Below, piece after piece: positions 28,833-36,407 of a stretch of DNA of 55,391 bases. The DNA is taken from sequence record SRR20825019_163, one strand, 5' to 3'. Both the position numbers and the translations under genes were made by a program. Within the stretch, counting starts at the first letter, position 1. The number at the start of each line of letters is the position of its first letter. The notes under the pieces were generated by a model. The model did no database searches. It worked only from the letters and a program-made list of their open reading frames with translations, and was not told where the DNA came from.

Positions 28833-29807
28833 ATGACGCTGGAGATAAAACCAATATCCGATGACGACCTGCAGCCCTATTTTGAGCTGATGAACGATGA
28901 GAGCATTGCGGTGATGGCTGGCACGGTGCCGCATCCGGTAACATTTGAGTGGGCGAAAGAACGCATCCTGAAGCGTAGGACGCAGGAGATTGAAGGTACA
29001 CTCGCACAGCGCGGCTTGTTTGAGGACGGCGTGCTGGTGGGGGACGTGAGCTATTTCTTCTCGGACGGTAAGGTTGAGATTGGCTACGCCATTGGCAAAG
29101 CCCACCGTGGTCGCGGCCTTGCCACGATCGCTGCCAAGTTCGCGGTAGACCTGGTGCGTGAGCATGGCATCACAGGCCCTATCCGCGCAGGCTACGCGCA
29201 GGATAACCCGGCCTCAGGCCGCGTGCTTGAGAAGGCCGGGTTTGTGCCCAACGGTGAAGGTGTGGGCAACTCCATGGGCCGCGGCGGCGAAATGCCGCTC
29301 TATATGGCCATTTACCGAGACGATGTGCGCCTGCGGCCACACCGCGCGGAAGATTTTGAAACGCTGGTCACTTTTGTGGATGACGAAGAAGCCTTCTGTC
29401 TGGCAGGCGGGGGCACACGTGATAAAACGGCTGCGGATATGCGGGCCCGCATTGAGGGCTACATCACCAAAGGCGCCTTTTTTCAGGTGATATTGTTCGA
29501 GGGCGCGGCCGCTGGTTATGTGGCGGCATTTGAACGCGAGGATAAGCTTGAGGTCAGCTATTGGCTTGGCCGGGCTTTCTGGGGCAAGGGCATTGCCAGC
29601 CGTGCGCTCGCATTATGGGTTGAACGTTTGGCGGGGCATCAGGGCACCTGCCCGCGCCACCTTTATGCGCGGGTGGCAAAAGACCACCCGGCATCGATCC
29701 GTGTGCTGGAGAAGAACGGTTTTAAAGCCGTAAGCGAAGACAGTTATTTTTCCGGCCACCGAAACGCGGACGTGGCGGAGTGGCTGTACCGATTAACTAC
29801 CGCTTAG
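28833..29807 (+). CDS. Tandem two-domain RimJ/RimL-type GNAT acetyltransferase
   Basis: Two repeats of EIGY/EVSYW...GRG/GKG...NPAS/HPAS.RVLEK.GF. Confidence 0.9.
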   Translation: MTLEIKPISDDDLQPYFELMNDESIAVMAGTVPHPVTFEWAKERILKRRTQEIEGTLAQRGLFEDGVLVGDVSYFFSDGKVEIGYAIGKAHRGRGLATIAAKFAVDLVREHGITGPIRAGYAQDNPASGRVLEKAGFVPNGEGVGNSMGRGGEMPLYMAIYRDDVRLRPHRAEDFETLVTFVDDEEAFCLAGGGTRDKTAADMRARIEGYITKGAFFQVILFEGAAAGYVAAFEREDKLEVSYWLGRAFWGKGIASRALALWVERLAGHQGTCPRHLYARVAKDHPASIRVLEKNGFKAVSEDSYFSGHRNADVAEWLYRLTTA

Positions 29808-29811
29808 ATAA

Positions 29812-29877
29812 ATTCATTCAATCGATTAATGTCAGCATATAGTTCAATTGGAACTATCAGCCTGCTGATGCCACCTT
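29812..29877 (+). promoter_or_regulatory. Putative OxyR-activated promoter
   Basis: ATTC-N7-CGAT-N7-AGCA-N7-CAAT abutting a -35 TTGGAA, an 18-nt spacer and a -10 CACCTT. Aligns with the site at the oxyR start. Confidence 0.55.
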
Positions 29878-29883
29878 CTCTTT

Positions 29884-29987
29884 ATTGAGTGTTTCCTCAA
29901 AAGTTCCTCGCTGGCCCCTTATTGGGGCTCTTTACCCGCTACCGGCATGTGTCCTCCTAAGTCACACCGGTAGCGGGTTTTCTTTTC
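29884..29987 (+). ncRNA. Candidate sRNA of about 100 nt with three UCCUC motifs
   Basis: Three hairpins. The last is a 12-bp perfect stem (29934-29945 with 29967-29978) with UCCUCC in the loop and a U-rich tail. Confidence 0.6.
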
Positions 29988-30103
29988 AAAAATATGAGGG
30001 AAGACAGCACACTCTTTGTCCCATACCCAGGGGGGTGCGAAATTGTGCACCTTGTCGGAGCTTAGGGGCTAGGGCATCCGGCAAACCGCACGCGGGGAGA
30101 GAA

Positions 30104-30520
30104 ATGACAGGCGGCAACATACGCGCCCGCATCCATGCGATGCTGGCAATGCTGGAATCTGGCGAATTTTTACAAACATTTGATCAGTTTTATCGGGCCG
30201 ATGCCCGGTTTTTTGAAAACGAATATCTATTCGCAGAAAGCAGACACGAGGCGCGCGAACGCCAAGCCTCGTTCCTGAACGGGTGCAGCAGCTTTGTGGG
30301 GGATATCGAGCTGGTGCACGCGGATGTCGGGCGCCGCATCGCGGTTTTTCATAACCGGAGCCGGTATGAACACCCGGACTATGGCGCGGGCCAGGTGAAC
30401 GGTGTGCATGTGGCCTATTGGCAGGACGACCTGATCGTGCGGGAGGAATATTTCTCCGGCAAGCGGGTGGATGAGGTTTTGTCTTTCTGGCGGCTTGTGG
30501 GGCGTTCTTCAACGCAGTGA
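30104..30520 (+). CDS. SnoaL/NTF2-like protein
   Basis: F..FY..DA.F.EN and W..DLIVREEYF patterns, GGGGAGAG RBS before the ATG at 30104. Confidence 0.8.
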   Translation: MTGGNIRARIHAMLAMLESGEFLQTFDQFYRADARFFENEYLFAESRHEARERQASFLNGCSSFVGDIELVHADVGRRIAVFHNRSRYEHPDYGAGQVNGVHVAYWQDDLIVREEYFSGKRVDEVLSFWRLVGRSSTQ

Positions 30521-30612
30521 TGGAATGCTAGGTGCACTTTTGTGGCCTCAAGGTGGCCTTCTTCTGATAGACAAGAGGTACTATCATCCATATGCGGCTG
30601 TAGGGTTGTGAG

Positions 30613-30933
30613 ATGAATAAAAGAATTTCGCTGATGTACCAAGACCCCAGATACAGGCTGTTAGGTCTGGCGGTGATCTTTTTCATGCTTGAATCATATA
30701 CTCTCGGCGCAGGAAACTTCATTTTAGGTTTGGGAGTGGCAGTCATTATATCTTACTTGGCCCACAAGTCGGCGCTTTGTCCTAGCTGCCGTCGGTTTAT
30801 GGGAGAAGGAAACACCTATAGATGGGTGCTTAAGTTTTTTGAGCCAGAGTGCCCTCATTGCCGCTATGTATACTGTCGGGGGGAAATGGGGCACGGTTCG
30901 TCTAATGGGGCCTGCAACAGTAGCCATGACTAG
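30613..30933 (+). CDS. Small membrane protein with a CxxC...CxxC zinc ribbon (lower GC)
   Basis: Two hydrophobic segments followed by CPSC and CPHC. Confidence 0.6.
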   Translation: MNKRISLMYQDPRYRLLGLAVIFFMLESYTLGAGNFILGLGVAVIISYLAHKSALCPSCRRFMGEGNTYRWVLKFFEPECPHCRYVYCRGEMGHGSSNGACNSSHD

Positions 30934-30998
30934 TGGAACTCCCGAGGTATAGTGCTGCATGGCTTTGAGTCCACCCTGCCTTTCCTCTGCGTCTCTCC

Positions 30999-31901
30999 CT
31001 ACCCGTGGTGGTGCATCACGTCTTTGATGACGTTGCCAAGCGTTTCAAACGTTGCAGCGCGGGGGTTGGTTTTACGCCATATCAGCCCGATGGTGCGGGT
31101 CGGGATCATGTCTTTGAAGCTGACAATATCAACTCGCGCCTTGTCGGCGAGGCCAGCGTCAACCGCCATGCCCGGCAACAGGGTGATGCCGTGGCCTGCC
31201 GCAACCATCTGGATGATGGTGCCAAGGCTTGTGCCTGCCATCTCGCGCCGTGCACCACGCCCCACTAGCTGGCAGGCCTCAAGCGCATGGTCCCTCAGGC
31301 AATGCCCTTCCTCAAGCAGCATCAGGCGGCTTTCATCAAGCTCGGTGGTGTTGATGCTCTCGCCCGGCGCCTGCCCGTGCGGGTAGGCCACCATGAAGGG
31401 GTCATGAAACAGCGGCATCTCCGCCACGTCACCGCAGGCATAGGGAAGCGCAAACAGCACAAGGTCCAGCTCGCCAGAGCGCACAAGCTCGCAAAGCTCT
31501 GCCGATTTGTCTTCGCGCAAGTGCAGTTCCAGGTCAGGCAGCCTGTCATGAATGGCAGGCATGATTTTGGGCAACAGGAACGGCGCGATGGTGGGGATGA
31601 TGCCGAGGCGCACGATACCCTTCAAAGGGTCCTTCGCGGCAGATGCCATGTCGGTCAGGTCATCCACGTCATTGAGGATAACCTGCGCGCGGCGCACCAC
31701 CTCTTCCCCGAGTGCCGTGAACATCACGGTCCTTTTGGTGCGTTCCACAAGCTGTGTGCCGAGAAGGCTTTCAAGCTCCTGCAGGCCTGCGGAAAGGGTG
31801 GACTGGGTCACATGGCTGGCGTCTGCCGCTTTACCAAAATGATTGGTGCGGTGCAGTGCCACAAGGTAGCGCAATTGCTTGAGGGTAGGAGGAAAGCTCA
31901 T
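30999..31901 (-). CDS. oxyR: Hydrogen-peroxide-inducible genes activator OxyR (LysR family)
   Basis: LysR HTH (QSTLS..LQELE), GIIPTIAPFLLP, LLEEGHCLRDHALEAC with both redox Cys, TSLGTIIQMV. Confidence 0.93.
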   Translation of the reverse strand: MSFPPTLKQLRYLVALHRTNHFGKAADASHVTQSTLSAGLQELESLLGTQLVERTKRTVMFTALGEEVVRRAQVILNDVDDLTDMASAAKDPLKGIVRLGIIPTIAPFLLPKIMPAIHDRLPDLELHLREDKSAELCELVRSGELDLVLFALPYACGDVAEMPLFHDPFMVAYPHGQAPGESINTTELDESRLMLLEEGHCLRDHALEACQLVGRGARREMAGTSLGTIIQMVAAGHGITLLPGMAVDAGLADKARVDIVSFKDMIPTRTIGLIWRKTNPRAATFETLGNVIKDVMHHHG

Positions 31902-31965
31902 CGATTATCCCGATCACAGAATTCACTTCTATTTGTTGGATCGATGGTAATCATTCGGCGATAGT
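31900..31965 (+). promoter_or_regulatory. OxyR site overlapping the oxyR start, plus a divergent promoter
   Basis: ATCG-N7-CGAT-N7-TTCA-N7-TTGT abutting a -35 TTGGAT, an 18-nt spacer and a -10 GATAGT. Confidence 0.6.
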
Positions 31966-31970
31966 CATTC

Positions 31971-32299
31971 AACAGGAATTCACCGGCAATGCTTCCTCCC
32001 CCAAGGCATTGCCCCGTGCTTCGGCCTGTAACGATCGTGCATTGGTCCCCCTTTGCGCGGTTCGCGGTGACCAAACCGGCAACCCGATCCCCTTTGAGGT
32101 CATGTGCCTCATTGGAATGCCCAAGGGATATCTATCCGGGCTGGTCACCGCGATGCAAATTCAGAAGGGATTGTGGCGTTCGCAAAGCCTTCGACCAAAA
32201 ATCAGCCCGCTGCCCGATTCTCGTCACAATTGGGCGGTCTGATACAAGCGGCCTCAAAGGTGCGAGATTTTCGCGCTCTTTCGGGGCCGCTTTCTGTTT
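31971..32299 (+). ncRNA. Candidate multi-hairpin ncRNA of about 330 nt, divergent from oxyR (oxyS-like position)
   Basis: About six successive stems, loops CCUCCCCCA and UUGGUCCCCCUU, a perfect 12-bp stem (32062-32073 with 32142-32153) and a terminator (32246-32292) with a U-rich tail. No credible ORF. Confidence 0.6.
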
Positions 32300-32400
32300 G
32301 TATTGTCCCATAGAGTTTACGCGTTCCGTACCGCTACATATGGCGTTCTCGGTGCAGGCTATCGGTAAATCTGGTGATGGGGCTGAGGTGAGCAGTAGGC

Positions 32401-32516
32401 AAAAAAATGGCCGGGTAAATACCCGGCCCGAGTCACGACAGCGAGGATAGTGCGGCGGCAGTCACGCACACCGCAATAGGAGTGAGCACGAACGAGTCGT
32501 GCCCTCTCGCCTGACT
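32401..32516 (-). ncRNA. Candidate structured sRNA, or 3' element of the tad transcript, with an intrinsic terminator
   Basis: A multibranched fold (32431-32516) followed on the minus strand by the stem GGCCGGGT/ACCCGGCC and U7. Confidence 0.45.
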
Positions 32517-32741
32517 AAGAAACCAAATAACGGCCTTCTGGTCAATGCTTGTCTGATCACATTCCGCCAAACACCTGAAAAACAGCCAAAAAATCCCGTT
32601 GCAGTGCAATAAAAAGCATGAATTTGGGGCGTCGGTTATAGAACCTTTTACTGTAAAAAACCGTCAGTGGTCACACACGTCGTAGGTGATTCGCGACGCT
32701 TTAATGACAAAAGGCTCAATTTTTGCCGATGAAAGCGTCCG

Positions 32742-33722
32742 CTACTTGCCGATAAAGTCGTCCGCTACTTTACAAGCGGCTGGTCCGATCAAGACAACAA
32801 AGAGCGTGGGCAAGATAAAGAGGATAAGCGGTACTGTCAGTGTGGCAGGAAGTCGCGCGGCTTTTTCTTCCGCTTTCATCAGCCGTTCGTTCCTGAACTC
32901 GGCGGACAAAACCCGGAGCGAAGACGCAAGCGGTGTGCCGTAGCGTTCGCTTTGAATAAGCGTGGTAACCACCCCCCTGAGCGCGGGCAGGTCTACCCGA
33001 TCTGAGAGATTGATAAGCGCCTGGCGCCGCTCTGGCAGGAAACCAAGCTCAATGGCCGCAAGCGAGAACTCGTCTGCCAGCTCGGGCGACGCCCGGCCCA
33101 GTTCCTTTGCGACCCTACCCAATGCACTATCAAGCGTCAGGCCTGCTTCAGCGCACACAACCAGAAGGTCGAGCGCGTCAGGTAGCGATTTACGGATCAG
33201 GTCTGTACGTTTTTGTTTCACATTGGTGATGTAAATATCTGGCAGCTTCAGGCCGAGGAAGACCGCAACAACCGAATAGACAGGATACATCTGCTCATGC
33301 GTGGGCATGTATCTGAACCCATAGAAGAGTATCACCGCGATCAGGCCCACCAGCAGCGGCAGGGTGAGCCGCGCGACCTGATAGATCACCACGGCATCTG
33401 ACGACCTGTACCCGGCCTGCAACAGGCTTGCGGATACTTTGGCAGTTTGTTCCTTCTGCAGGAGCTGCAGCTTGTCTGCCAGCGCTCGCATGCCGCTAAC
33501 ACCGTCTACCTTACGCACGGGTGAGCGGCGCTTGGAGGTGGTCATCAGCCCGGCTTTGAGGGAATCACGCCGGTCCTGCAGCGATTTCACCCGACCCTTC
33601 ATGGGGTCACGCACCAGCGCGGTTTGGTAAACCGCCACCATCACAAGAAGGGCAACAGCACCCGCCGCGAAGGAGATAAGATCGATGATCGGTATGCCGA
33701 TGATATTTTCAATCTCATTCAT
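32742..33722 (-). CDS. tadC: Tad pilus platform protein TadC (CpaH)
   Basis: LPDALDLLVVCAEAG, QSERYGTP, EEKAARLP. Confidence 0.94.
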   Translation of the reverse strand: MNEIENIIGIPIIDLISFAAGAVALLVMVAVYQTALVRDPMKGRVKSLQDRRDSLKAGLMTTSKRRSPVRKVDGVSGMRALADKLQLLQKEQTAKVSASLLQAGYRSSDAVVIYQVARLTLPLLVGLIAVILFYGFRYMPTHEQMYPVYSVVAVFLGLKLPDIYITNVKQKRTDLIRKSLPDALDLLVVCAEAGLTLDSALGRVAKELGRASPELADEFSLAAIELGFLPERRQALINLSDRVDLPALRGVVTTLIQSERYGTPLASSLRVLSAEFRNERLMKAEEKAARLPATLTVPLILFILPTLFVVLIGPAACKVADDFIGK

Positions 33723-33724
33723 GG

Positions 33725-34714
33725 CTATACCTCAAACTTGATCATGCGGGACATGATGAAAATGCCCAGTGACATCCATATGAGCGCGCCAATACCCGCC
33801 ATGATCGCCTTTGGGTTGGTAAAGAGGATGATGCCGTAATCATAGTTCATCGTCATGATGGCGCCGAGCATGATGAACGGCAGAAGGCCGACAATCCAGG
33901 CGCTTGCCTTGGCTTCGGACGACATGGCTTTCACCTTCAATTTCATGGCCTGCCGCTGGCGCAGGATGTTGGAGAGGTTGCCAAGGGTCTCGCCCAGGTT
34001 ACCGCCGGTTTCCCGCTGCACCACGAGCGAGATCACAAAAAACTTGAAGTCTGCGGTGTCCAGCCGGTCTGCGGTTTCCCAAAGTGCTTCCTCAAGCTGT
34101 TTGCCGAGGCGCATGGCGTCTGTGATCTTGCGGAACTCAACGCCCGTGGGTTCCGGCAGTTCCGTTGCCACGTTGGCGATGCATTCGTTCACCGGCAGGC
34201 CTGATTTGAGGCCACGCACCATCAGGTCCATCGCTTCCGGGAACTGTTTGGTAAACTTGTCCTTGCGGGCGGCCATACGGTTTGAAACCCACACATGCGG
34301 CAGGCCAATGCCTGCGATAACACCAATGGCCAGCGCGAGCATCACCCCGAAACCTGCAAGGAAAAGCGTGAGCGCCGAGAAGGCCGCGAGCCCGAGGCAA
34401 ATGGTGGCGTAGCGCGACAGTTCCATCGCGAGGCCAGCCTGTCCAAGGCGGTTTTTGATCTGGTCACGTCGGGGCAGCAGGTCCGAGAGCATACCGGCAA
34501 GCCCGGTTTGTTCCTGATTGACCCGGATCGACCGGCTGCCTTCGCCCTTCAGGATAGTTTTCTGGTCAAAGCGGGCTTTGAAACGCTCAAGCTTGGCGCG
34601 GGTTTCCTTGCGGCCCTTGCTTAGGGTGTTTGAAAGAACGATCATCACGATCAGCAAAACAAACACGGCACCGCCGCCCGCGAGAAGGATGATGTCAAGG
34701 TTTGTATCACCCAT
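33725..34714 (-). CDS. tadB: Tad pilus platform protein TadB (CpaG)
   Basis: FPEAMDLMVRGLKSG, QRETGGNL, AMSSEAKASA. Confidence 0.94.
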   Translation of the reverse strand: MGDTNLDIILLAGGGAVFVLLIVMIVLSNTLSKGRKETRAKLERFKARFDQKTILKGEGSRSIRVNQEQTGLAGMLSDLLPRRDQIKNRLGQAGLAMELSRYATICLGLAAFSALTLFLAGFGVMLALAIGVIAGIGLPHVWVSNRMAARKDKFTKQFPEAMDLMVRGLKSGLPVNECIANVATELPEPTGVEFRKITDAMRLGKQLEEALWETADRLDTADFKFFVISLVVQRETGGNLGETLGNLSNILRQRQAMKLKVKAMSSEAKASAWIVGLLPFIMLGAIMTMNYDYGIILFTNPKAIMAGIGALIWMSLGIFIMSRMIKFEV

Positions 34715-36386
34715 TCATGGCCTCCATCAGCGCGCGTTCCAGCCCGAAATATTCTGCCTTGGTGAGGAAGTGTGGCCTCACGCCTGTTGAGTTGAAGCTG
34801 CCAACCAGACGGCCGCTTTCATCCTCGCCGGTAAATTCAAATTTGAACAGGTCCTGCGTGGTGATCACGTCGCCTTCCATGCCTACAACCTCGGTGACAT
34901 GGGTGGTGCGGCGGCCACCGTCGCGCATGCGCTGTACCTGCACAATCAGGTCAAGAGACGCTGATACCTGCTCACGGATAGCTTTGGCGGGCAAATGCAG
35001 CCCCGCCATGTTGACCATATTCTCCAGCCGGGTCAGCGCCTCACGCGGCCTGTTGGCGTGGATGGTGCCCATGGAGCCGTCGTGGCCCGTGTTCATGGCT
35101 TGCAGCATGTCAATTGCTTCACCGCCCCTGATCTCACCGAGGATGATACGGTCTGGCCGCATACGAAGGGCGTTTTTCACCAAGTCACGCATGGTAACCT
35201 CGCCGCCGCCCTCAAGGTTTGCGGGGCGGGTCTCGAGGCGCACCACATGGGGCTGCTGCAGTTGCAGCTCAGCCGCATCCTCGATGGTGACAACGCGTTC
35301 GCCCTTGTCAATCATGCGGGAAAGTGCGTTCAGCATCGTGGTTTTACCGGACCCTGTACCGCCTGAGATAAGGATATTGAGACGGCAGGCGCCTGCAATT
35401 TTCAATAACTTCGCGAGAGGCGGTGTGATGGAGCCAAACTCGAGCATCTTGTCGAGGGTGATCTTGTCTTTGGTGAACTTCCGTATGGAGATAGACGCAC
35501 CATCAATGGCCAGCGGCGGTGCAATAACGTTCACGCGGCTACCGTCTGCAAGGCGTGCGTCACAGATGGGCGAGCTTTCATCCACGCGCCGCCCCACGGC
35601 GGTCACGATACGCTGCGCCACGTTCATCAAATGCTGATTGTCACGGAAGTGTACGTCCGTCAGGCTGATGCGGCCTTTTTGCTCCACATAAACCTGGTTG
35701 GGGCCGTTGACCATGATGTCTGAGATGGTGTCGTCCGCCAGCAAGGGCTCAAGCGGGCCAAGGCCCAGCATGTCGTCAAGGAGCAGGGACACAAGGTCAC
35801 GTTGTTCCGTGAGGTTCAGGTTGATCTTTTCCTGAACCAAGAGTTCACCCACCACTTCACCAACCTGGTCGGCCAGTTCAGGGCGCGGCAGGTCTGCCGC
35901 TGCCGTGGGGTCGATGTGCTCCATCAGGAGGACCTGAATACGGTCGCGAGCCTCAAACAGCGTCTTTTTGTTGGCGTCCTGCTTCTTCGGTGTCGAGGCC
36001 GAGCTGTCGCCGATAGGGCCGATGTTCTCTTCCGCTTCATTGAGCAGATAGGTCTCAAGATCCTTCTGTTCCTGCGGGCTGAGGGTGCCGTTTTCCTCTT
36101 CCAGAATGCCGACGATCATGGAACCGATTTTTTTGACCACTTCGCCTTTGGTGGCCATGCGCAGCTCATCTGCAGTGAAGTGATCCTTGAGCCGCTCGTC
36201 ACCAATTTCTGCGATACGATCGATGAAATCGGTGGGGGCTGATTGTTCATTGGCCGGGCGTGGGGAGAGAGCTTGCTGGGGGGCGCCTATAAGCGGCTTG
36301 GGAACGGCAGCAGTGCTGCCCCGGCCAAAGCTTCCGCCCGCCCGTTGTGGTCCTTGCCGTTTTTTTCCAAAGCCTGTCGGTTTCAT
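34707..36386 (-). CDS. cpaF: Tad pilus assembly ATPase CpaF/TadA with an extended N-terminus
   Basis: GLGPLEPLL, Walker A GGTGSGKTT, IEDAAEL, LRMRPDRIILGE, MNTGH. Confidence 0.96.
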   Translation of the reverse strand: MKPTGFGKKRQGPQRAGGSFGRGSTAAVPKPLIGAPQQALSPRPANEQSAPTDFIDRIAEIGDERLKDHFTADELRMATKGEVVKKIGSMIVGILEEENGTLSPQEQKDLETYLLNEAEENIGPIGDSSASTPKKQDANKKTLFEARDRIQVLLMEHIDPTAAADLPRPELADQVGEVVGELLVQEKINLNLTEQRDLVSLLLDDMLGLGPLEPLLADDTISDIMVNGPNQVYVEQKGRISLTDVHFRDNQHLMNVAQRIVTAVGRRVDESSPICDARLADGSRVNVIAPPLAIDGASISIRKFTKDKITLDKMLEFGSITPPLAKLLKIAGACRLNILISGGTGSGKTTMLNALSRMIDKGERVVTIEDAAELQLQQPHVVRLETRPANLEGGGEVTMRDLVKNALRMRPDRIILGEIRGGEAIDMLQAMNTGHDGSMGTIHANRPREALTRLENMVNMAGLHLPAKAIREQVSASLDLIVQVQRMRDGGRRTTHVTEVVGMEGDVITTQDLFKFEFTGEDESGRLVGSFNSTGVRPHFLTKAEYFGLERALMEAMNG

Positions 36387-36407
36387 GTGCCTGATACTAT
36401 CCCGCCG

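Noticed and set aside
32062-32153. Possible 6S, SRP or riboswitch identity for the branched stem
   Set aside because: There is no SRP GGAA/AGCAG loop or recognisable aptamer consensus, it is too short for 6S, and no downstream gene lies on that strand to regulate
31989-32450. 153-aa, 77-aa and 69-aa ORFs divergent from oxyR
   Set aside because: No family motifs and atypical composition; the two that reach furthest run into a terminator hairpin. The region is better explained as structured RNA
34702-35637. 311-aa + strand ORF and other long + strand ORFs across the tad locus
   Set aside because: Ser/Arg/Pro-rich shadows of the well-supported minus-strand cpa/tad genes
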